DNA of 64,000 nucleotides from Laetmonice hystrix (taxonomy: Eukaryota): positions 11,222,001 to 11,286,000 of the forward strand of contig OZ249439.1 in assembly GCA_965235115.1 (NCBI GenBank). Reading direction: 5' to 3'. This document shows, in pieces, positions 26,201-37,300 of the stretch (its first letter is position 1; each line of letters opens with the position of its first letter). The notes below the pieces were generated by a model. The model ran no database searches and was not told the origin of the DNA. It worked only from the letters and a program-made list of their open reading frames with translations. The translations under genes and the position numbers were made by a program.

Positions 26201-27545
26201 TGACGGCAAGACAGTGACCAACACTCCAGAGAATGAGAACAGTGAGGAGGCGTGGACCGTGGAGACTGTGACCGTGGAGAGGAAGTTCAGTGACATGACA
26301 AAGGAGGAACAGGAAGCGCTGCTGGCGTCCATGCAGGCAGAGAGGCCGCCCACTCCTCCAGAGCGAACCACCTCCATGGTGTTGAAGTCGGCCAGTCCTG
26401 CCATGTCTCTCCGCTCCACGGGACGTAATTCACCCAAGGAGTATTCCAGTCATTCGCCAGTGTCCGGACGCTCCCCGCGTTCATCCCTTTCACTTAGACC
26501 CGATTCCTTACGAAAGGACAAAACGCCCACCAAGGTATCCACTCCTCAGAAACCGCCAAGGTCCAGCCTTGGCACTGTACGGCCCAAACCCGCGAACTCT
26601 GTGGCTGCCGCCGTGACAGCCAGGTTGACACGTCCTAAGAAGCCGTCGGCCGCAGCCAACACTGTGTTGACACGTCACCCATCCAACAGTTCGGTGGCCA
26701 GTGAGGCATCCTCAACTAGTACCTCTTCCAACAGCAGACGTACGACCCCCTCTAAGCCCAAGAACACAATGAAGTCAGGACTACCATCCTCAACCCGAGA
26801 CCGGGACCGGACCTCCAGCCCGGCCCGGCGTGGGGTCGACCGAGACCGTGCCCCGTCCCCGGCTGCCTCTCCGTCTCCGTTCGTCCGGGGCTCCTCCACC
26901 AGGGCCACCCTGCCGGCCGCCGTGCTCCGCTCCAACAAGCGCGTGGCGGCCGAGCACCGCGACAAGGCAGAGGCGCCGTGCCCCCCGCAGCGCTCCTCCT
27001 CCATCCGTGTCAGTGAGCGACTCAACCTGGGCCGCCCCAGTGGTCCCTCGTCCCTCGACAGCAGCACCACGGCCCCGGCCCCCGGGCGCTCCTCAAGGGT
27101 CGCCCCGGAGGCGTCCAAGGCCATCCCGGCGCCCTCCATGTCCCGGCCGCGGCGTATCTCCGGAATCAGTACGTCCTCAGCACCGACATCTAAACCCGAC
27201 ACCAAGGTTAGTAAACTCATCAGTCGACTGAGTACGACTAGCAGGATCAGGAGTGACTCAGAGAACGACTCAACCACCACCACCACCACCAAGGGCAGAC
27301 CACGCAACCTCCCGCTACACGGCACCACCGGTACATCCGCCGGAAGTCGGCCGTCTTCGGGAAGCTCAAGTCCCGGATCGGACGCAGGAAAAAAAGATAA
27401 ATCGCCATCATTTCTTAAGAAGATAATCGATAAATCGCCACATCGCAAATCTGTCCTTAACAGGTCCGATATATCTGCCAGTCCACTTTCTGACAGGAAA
27501 AAAATTACCGTGTTAAGATCGACAATGAAAACCTCGAAATGTTGA
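2264..27545 (+). CDS. FHDC1: Inverted formin (FHDC1/INF1-like FH2; INF2-like DID remnant, FH1, FH2, WH2/DAD-like motif, long C-terminal tail); 5'-partial, 13 exons
   Basis: Exons with canonical AG/GT and consistent phases: 2264-2297, 9856-10000, 13930-14718, 15770-15934, 16505-16590, 18644-18744, 19705-19775, 20059-20166, 21664-21734, 21950-22070, 22324-22488, 22769-22859, 23044-27545 (stop TGA). The spliced product reads [32 protein letters not shown] (DID end), a polyproline FH1, then FH2: [11 protein letters not shown]...[19 protein letters not shown]...[12 protein letters not shown]...[43 protein letters not shown]...[25 protein letters not shown]. The symbol is tentative (FHDC1 vs INF2 orthology needs a tree). 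Confidence 0.93.
2591..3077. mobile_element. MITE with ~24-bp TIRs (AAGCCGATCGCACACTGGAAGACG / CGTCTTCCAGTGTGCGGTCGGCTT), PIF/Harbinger-like ends
   Basis: TIRs with one mismatch, flanked by TA on both sides. Internal 43-bp direct duplication at ~2653 and ~2912. Confidence 0.7.
3644..4800. repeat. ~113-117-bp tandem repeat, ~10 copies
   Basis: Unit AACCGGTGTACAT...GACTACATACTCCTGCTGGATCCGACCCTGATACACCGGCCCTGTATAATACTATAGCTCTGTACGGGTAGGGTGGACATACACACGAGAACCCATG; starts at 3644 and 3761, and so on. Confidence 0.95.
5183..5725. repeat. 16-bp G-rich minisatellite (GGGTG[T/G]GGATTGGTTT), G-quadruplex-prone
   Basis: About 30+ copies; source of spurious GLVW-repeat ORFs in several frames. Confidence 0.95.
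6839..7928. repeat. ~67-bp minisatellite with a variable C-tract, ~16 copies
   Basis: Unit CCAGGCATGATCCACACGGTGGTATCATAGAGACAGGCCACCCCACCCCCGCCCTGTAAGCAAGCCC. Confidence 0.95.
10129..10215. repeat. 29-bp tandem repeat x3
   Basis: CTAATATGTCGCCCCTATGGTCCGGTTT repeated three times. Confidence 0.85.
13930..14718 (+). CDS. Formin exon: end of DID/dimerisation region, FH1 polyproline tracts, start of FH2
   Basis: 3' part of ORF 13639..14760. Acceptor ttttacag|GTG at 13929/13930, donor GAG|gtaagt at 14718/14719. Contains [13 protein letters not shown] tracts and [13 protein letters not shown]. Confidence 0.95.
16801..18675 (+). repeat. 58/54-bp minisatellite built from the 3' splice site plus first ~27 nt of formin exon 18644-18744, ~20 copies, interrupted by an insertion
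   Basis: Unit CTCATACTCTGTTGTTATTCGTTGACCGTCCAG|TTATAAGTTACGTGTCGAAGCCATG. The last copy runs into the real exon ([14 protein letters not shown]). Confidence 0.93.
17062..17804. mobile_element. 743-bp insertion splitting the acceptor minisatellite; TTAG...CTAA ends, subterminal hairpin, no TSD seen
   Basis: The array unit GACCGT|ACAGTTAT is split exactly at 17061/17805. The 3' end has CACACGCTGG-GAGCAG-CCAGGCGTGTG followed by CTAA. Confidence 0.55.
23044..27545 (+). CDS. Formin terminal exon (~1500 aa low-complexity tail with WH2/DAD-like motif, repeated RWRSNID motif and basic S/R/P-rich end)
   Basis: ORF 23016..27545. Acceptor gtttacag|GG at 23043/23044 in phase 1 matches the upstream exon ending TCA G|gtaaat. 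[13 protein letters not shown] at ~23105-23145 resembles the INF2 WH2/DAD motif (IDALLADIRKGF). Confidence 0.92.
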
Positions 27546-27837
27546 GCGGGTCCACGGGTTCTGTAGGGAATGTCGAAACGGACGGTGACTGGCTGTGATA
27601 GCGCGGAATTCCTTCTCCGTACGGCAGGTTGTCAGGTCTCATTCAAGCTGACAGTGTCGTTTTCTGTCCAAAATTACTGAAGGCGAACCTGCCGGACGTG
27701 GTGGGAGATGTTAACACGACCTGCCGGCTGAATTACGAGGTTGACGAGAAAACCGACCTGCCGGATAATTTGAAGGATGTTATAATCATGAGACGTCCTG
27801 TGCAGGTGGTTCCTGTGTGATGATCGCCAATAGAATC

Positions 27838-27952
27838 CTATATCCTGGCCACGTGTGCAGGCCATGTTCTGTGTGCAGGTGGTATCCTGGCCACGTGTGC
27901 AGGCCATGTTCTGTGTGCAGGTGGTATCCTGGCCGCGTGTGCAGGCCATGTT
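27838..27952. repeat. 42-bp tandem repeat (~2.7 copies) in presumed formin 3' UTR
   Basis: TATCCTGGCCACGTGTGCAGGCCATGTTCTGTGTGCAGGTGG repeated. Confidence 0.85.
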
Positions 27953-29537
27953 CGTACTACGACAGACGTGTACCAGTACGGACGAGACGGATCCGAGAAA
28001 TCCACGGTATCGATGACAATATTTCTATCCTAGGTTTACATTAATGTCAGAGGACAAGCCCAGAACGTTGGTATTCATCCAGCGATCGGCACCGCTGGTG
28101 AAGTGACTGTGAATGTGTTGTGGATCTACTGCTGTGTTTTAACAACTATGCAAAGTGACTGCATACGTCTACTAGGAGTTCAAGTTGTATGTGACGACGG
28201 CTGTCGATGATATGACATATGTATCAAACTGTACATGTATTTACGTTGGTATAACTGTGAAGCCTATTACTATTTGCCTTGTGCTGCCCTCGACGGCCCC
28301 TTATAACCAGGAGGGCCTCGGCAATGTAAACAGACCGTTTGATTCAGGCACTGAGTTTGACTCATCCGCAGTATATCAAACATTATGACGTTATAAATAA
28401 TAATTGTTACGTAATAATCATTACGTAATAAATAATCAGCACGTGTACGTAACGATTGCAACCTCCACACGCCCTGTGTGCGCTTGTTGGAAATGCTGTC
28501 GCCTGGCCGTAGGGAAGATATGAACGACAAATCATCCCCATACATGGCATGAGTTCTCCCTGATCGATCACACAGAAGTGATATATGCTTCAGTGATTTG
28601 GTCATTATAAGTGTTACAGTATAAAGCAGTATGGGAATTTTTGTATGAAAAGATATCATTGCCGTTCATGTGATATACCGTAAGCATATGCTGAGAGCAC
28701 TCGAGCACTCACTCAAGAAGGCGGAATTGAAAAAAGTTACAGAAAGTATAGCAATAGTAGATTATATTATCCTACCATGCTGTTGGTTTTGGAGGCACTG
28801 GATGCGTATATTATTCTGATAAACTCATTGCATTTACATAGACATAGGGAGGTTCTCGAAGTAACTAAAAGGTGCTACACAGGGTTACATTACTAACTAA
28901 CTGACGGAGGAAAGAGGCCACTGTACCCGACAAACTCTTAGGTTAACGTTCTCCAGAACTTCAATATGCTCGTAACATTGACCTCACAAAGATCAAATAA
29001 TCCTCAGAGAAATACGTGAGTTTTCCATAATTAATGTGATAATATGTACAGAGACAAGGGTTAGATACATAGGTGGATAGATAGACAGAGAATGTGGAGA
29101 GAGAATGAGAGAGTATATTATTACGAAGACATTCTTGTGTAGATGACATGTCGGTACATGGAGTTCCTTTCATTCCCCCGTCAGGTACTGATGCCCATAA
29201 AACAGGTCCTAATTTATAACGTTTACAGCGTGCCGTACAAGTGTATTTATTATACGATTCTCTAGTCCGTTTGAATGTATATTGTCTTATGTAACGGATT
29301 TATTTTGAGACAGTCGCAAATCAAACATGTTGTATAAAGAGATAAAGGCATTATAATATGGACAAGAATAACGGTAAAAAAGCCAGGCAGGTTGTTGGAA
29401 GATAAATAACACTGGGGCTGATTAACTAGCAGGCGGTGTACATAGGAGACGATATACACCGGTGAATGATTGTAGTTTGAAAAGTAACGGCTGTCCCAGG
29501 CCTTGGTCTAACTACGTAGTCGGTACGTCCAGCAAGG

Positions 29538-29945
29538 GTCGTAACCACGTGTGTGTACAGCAGGGGCCATGTCGTAACCACGTGTATGTACAGCAGGGGC
29601 CATGTCGTAACCATGTGTGTGTACAGCAGGGGACCATGCCGTAACCACGTGTATGTACAGCAGGGGCCATGTCGTAACCATGTGTGTGTACAGCAGGGGA
29701 TCATGCCGTAACCACGTGTGTGTACAGCAGGGACCATGCCGTAACCACGTGTGTGTACAGCAGGAGCCATGCCGTAACCACGTGTATGTATAGCGCAGAG
29801 GCCATGCCGTAACCACGTGTAAGCCATTAGATAAAGCAGGGACCTTGCTGTATACCCACGTGTTGGCCGTTATACACGGCAGGGGCCATGCCGTAACCAC
29901 GTGTTGGCCGTAATGTACGACGATAGGGGCCATGCCGTAACCAAT
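29538..29945. repeat. 33-bp minisatellite with CACGTG E-boxes, ~9 good plus several degenerate copies
   Basis: Unit CATGTCGTAACCACGTGTATGTACAGCAGGGGC. Confidence 0.9.
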
Positions 29946-30399
29946 TGTGAGCTAATATTCTGCAAGGGCCATGCAGGCAGCCCGAAGTGTCCAAACAGGG
30001 GTTTGAGACGGGAACTTTGAGTGGAGGGTTGGGACCGCTCTCGGGGGGGGGGGGGGGGGTCCCCACGTAACTGAGAGGGTTGAAGGTAAATCTGTCCATT
30101 TGGTGCTTCATACAGAGTCACTGCATGACAACACTTGACTGTAGTTTCCAACATGCTTTGTGCGCTTTATCCTATTCCAAGGTTGTCCATAAAGCGAGTA
30201 ATACAAATAGAAGGCTTCCTTGTGTAACGAGACGTGTATCTAATGAAATACTCAGCGATTTAACATTGGTTTTGTATGGCAGTCGGCCCCTTCACAGTGA
30301 GGCCATAGAAATGCCATGCTAACGTTATTTTGTATCAGTTTAGTATTTAATATGTAGCTGTGAAGGAGGCATTATGTTCGCAGTGTTGGTCTGTGTACT

Positions 30400-30868
30400 T
30401 ACGGAAACCCTGAAGGGAAATTCGACATAGACTTCGACTTACACTTCGAGTTCGAGTTAAACTTCGACATAGACTTCGACTTGCACTTCGACTTCGAGTT
30501 AAACTTCGACTTCCGGTTTCCGGCACCCTAGCGGCAAAGTATGTCACTCATGTCCGACAGCTCCGACACCCTGTGGGTTAGAGTTAAGGTTTAGTTTAGG
30601 GTTAGTTATATTTTCCCATTGGTCCGACAGACCATGGCATTGGTCTGACAGCCAAAGTAACCGGCCCAGGGGCGGGTCATTGCCGGCGCGGGGCAGGGGC
30701 ACCTGGCGCGCACTGAAAGCGAACACGTGGTCGCGCGTCAGGGTTGTCGCGCGTTAAGTGTAACCGGAAGTCGAAGTTTAAGTCGAACTCGGAGTGTAAG
30801 TCGAAGTAGAACTCGAAGTCGAACTCGAACTCGAAGTCAAAGTCGAATTTCCTTTCAGGGTTTCCGTA
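30400..30868. mobile_element. Fold-back MITE with long TIRs made of TTCGAC sub-repeats and a 7-bp TSD (GTGTACT)
   Basis: Left end TACGGAAACCCTGAAGGGAAATTCGAC; reverse complement of right end TACGGAAACCCTGAAAGGAAATTCGAC. GTGTACT at 30393-30399 and 30869-30875. Confidence 0.85.
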
Positions 30869-30949
30869 GTGTACTAGATTCAAAAACTCAATACACTGTT
30901 CGTCTGTGTGACTTGACGTCTGACGCCTAGCACAACCACGAGTCCGGAG

Positions 30950-31043
30950 AGGGAGGGAGGGAGGGAGGAAGGGGGAGGAGGGAGGGAGGGAGGGAGGGAG
31001 GGAGGGAGGGGAGGGAGGGAGGGAGGGGAGGGAGGGAGGGAGC
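30950..31043. repeat. (GGGA)n microsatellite
   Basis: Direct reading of the sequence. Confidence 0.95.
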
Positions 31044-33745
31044 CTCACTCTGGATCATTCTCACGTCCATGTAGGTCTATATCGACCACGTGATCCTGAG
31101 GGTCACGTGACACGGGTACCAGTACTGACCATTACATTCACATATCTGCTAGTATTATAATATTATATGTCCACGTCAGAGCTCCATCCAATCAATCATC
31201 ATCTCAAGACATCAGTCATCACATCACCCAGCCCGACCTCAGGGTCCGCTACACCAGCCATCTCATCAACTCATCATCCTCACTGAAATCAAAAAATCTC
31301 TTCAAGAATTTCCCTCCTTTTGGAAGCACATTGTTGTAAATAAAGCAGTGCGCGTTCCCTGTGTGTACAACATACATATCGGCGTGACTTGATCAGAGGG
31401 AGGCAGTATTAGCAGGTCTGATTACGGTCCACTAATCACATCATACCTGAGAGACAACTGATTCATTGTGAACTAAACGTCATCCAACTATTCGGTGGAG
31501 AGCTCGAGCATTCTCCAACAATGTGTTACCAACCCCCTCCGTAGTCTGTGTGCCCTTACTCTGCCTGTAACAAACACTAGTACCTTCTACCTGAATCATG
31601 ACATACAATGTACATTATGTCATACATACATGTATATATATTATGCACATAAAGCCGCCCATTTTGCAAGCCGTTTTGAGCTAATGGATGTATATAATAT
31701 GAGACAGACTGAAGGAGATAGAAAGGTCAAACAAGCTCACGACAACAAGTTTGTGAATCTAGTGGACCGGCATACAAAACCACAACAGCCGTCCACAATT
31801 GCCGTTTTTATTGTCGCTCGAGGATGTATCGGCACAACGCCACTGTTCTGAACACAATGGGGGTTGTGCCTTCGACAATTTTAGGGAGTCCGTTATTTTG
31901 GACGAGCTCGGCATGTTGATGTTGGCAAGAATGGCGGCTCGAGACAACGAACTGCCTGTGGCGTATCATTGGTACGCTTGGGAACGGTGGGAGTGCCGCA
32001 CGGTAAAACTACCCCAAGATGTGTAAATGAATATCGGAATTTGTAAATACGGTATACATGGAAACTTGTAAACTAATATTGACTGTTTTCGATAATAAAA
32101 AAATGACAATAATACATTAATAAATGTAATATATAAATATTATCAGTACTTGTGTCCATTTATTTGCTGACACCAGCGGCCCATAACCTACGATACTGGT
32201 CATATTTTGCCAAGGAAAATTATCAAGAAATTTGTTCCATTAATCGCCAGTTTCACGTCCCCTTTTTCTCCATACGAGAACATTTGCCATTCATTTTAGA
32301 TGAGGGAGGTGTGTGTGTGTGTGGGGGGGGGGTGTATAGCCCCCTCCCCCCACCAGGATAGGTTCACTCTAAGTTATTGTATTCGCCAGGGGCCGATAAC
32401 GGGCGTCAATGGAGTGGTCGGACATGTCCGATTAACAATCCGTCGAGACGGTTATCATTTTTTGCAAAAAGAGGTACAAATAATGTAGTGTCAGATGATG
32501 TCCAGTGTGCAGTTTACCTCATCTCCCCGCTCCTAAAACTGACTGACTGACGCCCTGTAAGTTTCCTTGAGATATCGTGAAAACTGAGCCAGATATTATG
32601 ACCCCTGTTTACTACACCAATAAAAAGAAAGAAAAAGAAAAAAGGAATAGTGTAGGTGAAAGGATAGAATTATTTCTATACCAATGTCAGTGACTTCAAG
32701 ATATTATTGGCATCAGAAACATTTCGGGAAGTCCCTGAAGGGTTTGTCCGTTACGAATAACATGGGGCAGTAGTAAAAGCCGATCTTTTAAATTGCATTA
32801 CGTCGTAAGGGCATTCCTGTAGTGCGTTAGGCGGCAGCACATGTATATGTTTTCGACGGTATTTTCAGCACGCTCAAGTCAACTGTATAGTTCACGATAT
32901 TTCCGCAAGGATTATATACCGCGGACGTTAGATGGCAGTGCAAGCGCCGTCAAGCAGCCCGAGCAGGCCGTAATTTTCGGAAGTGTTTGTTCGTCGATCA
33001 GTAACCTACAGCAAAGACCTATGCCTACAGTTACTCTCATCTTCTGGTTACTCTCAAGAGTAACTCTGCATAGTGACTATTGAAACTGAATGGGAACTCA
33101 GTTATGTGGCCATTTGACCTAATCAAACACCAATCTCTCTTATTGAGCGGTCATCGTGTAGCTCACAGAATTTCTCATCGGTTTAAAAGTTAATGGCACA
33201 CATTTCAAGATTGAAGAACATTCAGGTCTTTCCCTGAGATTTCCCTGCAGCCCGGATCGCGGGCTATGGACGTTGAAGGTCCATTATTTGCGGTTCATTG
33301 CTCGCCAAGTGAGAACGCCAGTGAATAATGGCAGCGCAAGATGACAATGACATGTTTTCTGTCGATCCGAAGCGGCCAGGGCCAGTTTACCACGGATGAT
33401 GTCATGTCGTTTGGGGAAGTCGATTTTTCTGTCCTCAGTAAACTGATAGAAATCTCCCTGTGTCGCATTTGACAACCTTCTAATCAGACAACTTCAGAAA
33501 TCGCATTGATTTGGTCATGTTGCCGATTGTTGGGCGAGGGGTTGTTTATATTGTCATGGTAGGTGTGGATAGACCGGCAAAGTGATGTATTACGTCAGAT
33601 GTTGTCAATGATATCTGTTCGTCCTCAAGCCTATATTTCACCACGTCCCGGTCAGTGATGGTGGGAGTGCCGCCCGTGACTGCCTACTTCACTGTGCCCT
33701 GATAACACCAGCACGAGGCGCTGGAGGCAGGCAGGGGCAGGGGTG

Positions 33746-33755
33746 TATATATAAG
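33746..33755 (+). promoter_or_regulatory. Candidate TATA box of MATE paralog A
   Basis: TATATATAAG about 60 bp upstream of the ATG (33807) of a phase-compatible first coding exon. Confidence 0.6.
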
Positions 33756-33806
33756 GCCGGACACACGAGATTACAGGAACTTGCATCACCTGATGAACCG
33801 TTCACA

Positions 33807-34337
33807 ATGTCCCTGAGGTACATGAGCTCCACAGAGGAGAATATCCTCACTGGAAGCTTCAGAAACGACGACTTGTTGCGTGAGTACTAAACGTATACAA
33901 AGAGACACCTCCCTATCTCAACCCCAACACCAAGTACGTAGCCAGGAGTTCCTTGTTTCGTTTCTGCTCATGATGGAAGTCCCAGAGTATTGGGGGCAAG
34001 CGAAGCTGAAGTTGTTGCAAGAGGGGTCTCGGAGCATGCTTAGAAAAGTGTCTACTAAGTGTCTAATAAGGTCTATCTAACTAGAATATTGGAGATCTTT
34101 AAAGGTTGTTTCGTCCGAAACAACGGAAACATAGCTGGCTATACGGCACTGAACACCACCCTTCCCGCCGCTGGCCGATGTTATATTGGTCTGTATATAT
34201 ATAGACTCTAGAGTTGGGCCCAGCAGTCCGGAAGGTACAGCTCAACACCATCGTTCCTAAATCTTGTTTGTTGGCAAGGAGGGCGACTGAGAGATCCACA
34301 CGGCTGGCAAGTGTAACTCTTAAAATTCAAAGAAAAC

Positions 34338-34368
<31 letters not shown>

Positions 34369-37300
34369 ATTTGGAATATCATGCAGCAGCACATTTCAAC
34401 CCGTAATCCACCAAACATCGCTCCATGGGGAGAAGTGGGGCACAAAAGGCGTTGTTCCTCCTTCAAAAAAATTACGAGGCCTCCATGGAATATACGTAGA
34501 AACATTAGTTTCTGACCTTATGATACAGCAGCTAAGCTTCTATCAACATCTGTCCTAACATCCATCAGGAGAATTACATTTGATAATTTTGAAGAATGAG
34601 TACTAATCATACACCTATATGATCCCACATACCAGTTCAAGCACTTTTTGACCTCGATATAACTTCAAGTACGGAACCCGCGCAAACCTGCATGGTGACG
34701 GTTATGAGTATCTCTGCCATGGACCGGACCCTCAAGGACTTCCTTCATTTCATCATCAACATTGACAAGCTATAGATACTCGATAACTGTGGCATGTAAC
34801 AATCTGATGTGAAACAATAGGAATCCGATCTGTTATCGACCTACATAGCTGGCCGCTACAGGCATGGGCACGTAATGATCTCAAACCCTTTGTAGACATC
34901 TCGCTGCTGCCCGAGATATAGAAACCTACAGTCATTACGTTATGGAAAGTAAAGGCCTTGTTAATTAAGGAGATATCATTCAGTGTGCTAGTTTGATTTT
35001 CTACCTTTAACAGATGCTAATGAATATTAATTAACATCATAATGAAGCGCATTAAGAAAGTTGCCTCAATATTATTAGTGATCCCAAGTCTGATAACGTA
35101 ATACGGAAATATACCTACCTGAATGTCCCATATCCCATGAGACCGAAGGCCGAATTTGGTTCCCCCATTAAAAAGCTCCCCAAAACACCTAGGCCTACAT
35201 GTTTGTTTACATCTGATTGAAGGCTGCACTCTGATTGTGACCTCACAGTGGTGGATCCCTCAAAAGGATGCCATGCAATACCATAAGCTCAGCCGTCAAA
35301 CACGCAATACGGGAATATATTTCGGAAGAACTGACCAATAACGGTTATTTCGCATGTTAGCCGGCGTGAATGTATAGTTTGGACGACTGATTTCATCATC
35401 GCTAATTCCAAGGAAATACCCCAGATGGCGCTATGCTCAGATCGCAGCGCCGCGTGGTGGTGGCTGGATTTCTCCATAGATTCAAATCTTTCAAATATTA
35501 AAATGAAATTCGGCGTTTTTATATTGAAATAATTATATACTTAAAGCTGCAGATGAAATTCATTAATTTTTTTTAATTATTATTTTCAGGGTTGAATGAT
35601 CAGTGAAAGTATAGAGAAATGGAGTTACACTTGACCGTCCCGTTACATTTCGGACCGAAAGCTATCTAGGCGAGGCTCGTAGAGATTGCCCTAAACATGA
35701 CCATACTCAAAGTAGGGTACTACGTAGATTAGTCTCCCCTACGAGCCTCACCTCGGCGATAGCGTTCGGTTCGCGCCGTCTGCCTTGTGATATAACGAGT
35801 GACGCGTCGTCTGCCTTGTGACGTAACGAGTGACGCGCCGTCTGCCTTGTGACGTAACGAGTGACGCGCCGTCTGCCTTGTGACGTAACGAGTGACGCGC
35901 CGTCTGCCTTGTGACGTAACGGTGAAGCGCCGTCTGCCTTGTGATCTAACAAGCACCGTGCCGTCTGCCTTGTGACGTAAACAGTGTCACTAAGACAACC
36001 GATCAAATCTTGTCTGTTTAGGTATACAGAGACACCAAGATGCGGTTGTCAAGGATGAACCCATGGAGAGTAGGTGGAGACGTTTATTGGAGCGGATGTT
36101 TCCCAGTGGCTACAAGAAGGAGCTCAGAGGTACAATGGGCATAGCCTGGGCATTGGTAGGTGTGGATAAACCTCTCGCACAGCCATGGCTGTGTTGTAGG
36201 ATATAGGTTGCCTATTGCCCTTTTCAGCGTCTTTAAACGGTTTTTGAACATTAATACTTGAACCAGTGAGAATCCAAAATAGATTCCCCTTTACCAGTCA
36301 AGTTCATGGAATTATGTCAGCAGTTTGAAGTTAATCGACGTTCTGCCAAGGACTTTTGAACACTTCGCACAAACTATCATACCTGTCATCGTCTCCGTAG
36401 GAATCCAGCTATAATTGCCCCTACTTTGCTCTGATGACCCTGGCAGGTGCTGACGCAGATCGCCCAGATCTACTTCCAGCCCGTGGCCACCATGTTTGCT
36501 GGCCATCTCGGGAAGACGGAGCTAGCTGCGGTCGCCTTGTCAAACACGGTGGGCTTACACCTTCCATAAGAGGCTCATGTGCCTTTTGGATGGGCAAACT
36601 TTGTCAAAATAGAAGCCCCCATATTTAGGGGCAGTAGACAGTACTAATCAGCCCAAGCTCTAAGATCTGTGCATGAAACTTCTGGTTTCGTCGACGGTAT
36701 AAGGACAGGGTTGTTTGCGATTAGCGGTGATTAATCTACGGCTCCTGGTTCTCATTGTACAGCTCCTCAACGTGCTGGGAAACTCGATCGTCATCGGCAT
36801 GTCGACTTGCTGTGACACCGTCTTCTCTCAGGTAGGTGGGCGTGCTCGTGCGTGTCACAAGTGAAGGCAAGGGATTGAGTTGTAGTCGTTGTGACGCCAT
36901 CTTGAGATTATCACCAATTACTAATAATGTCGAGTGACTGACTCTGCAGTCACGGTCTGTAAAAAAATCGCGTGTCCGCGTTGCCTGTGTCAGTCATGCG
37001 GACAACCAAAAACTGATATACAGGTGTATATCTGCGGACAACCAAACCAATGCTCCACCTATAGGACCGTGAATGTATTTTGGCTTGTATCGGATAGGGG
37101 GCTCCCAACTTTTAATAATGTTAACCAGTCAATGTGCTCTTTTGGCGAGGAGAACCAAGTATTTTGCGGAGACAAAGGTCTACATTTTACTATCATGGTT
37201 GTTCTCCAGACAACCAGTTTGTAAAGCGATCTGTACAGCCCTGCAGTCTGACAGGTGGAAAGGTTCGATGGTTGCCCTGTACATTCCCAACAACCACTCC

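Noticed and set aside
23012-27448. Antisense and alternative-frame ORFs overlapping the terminal formin exon (for example 23012..23701, 26675..27448)
   Set aside because: Expected shadows of a long GC-rich coding exon; no independent motifs.
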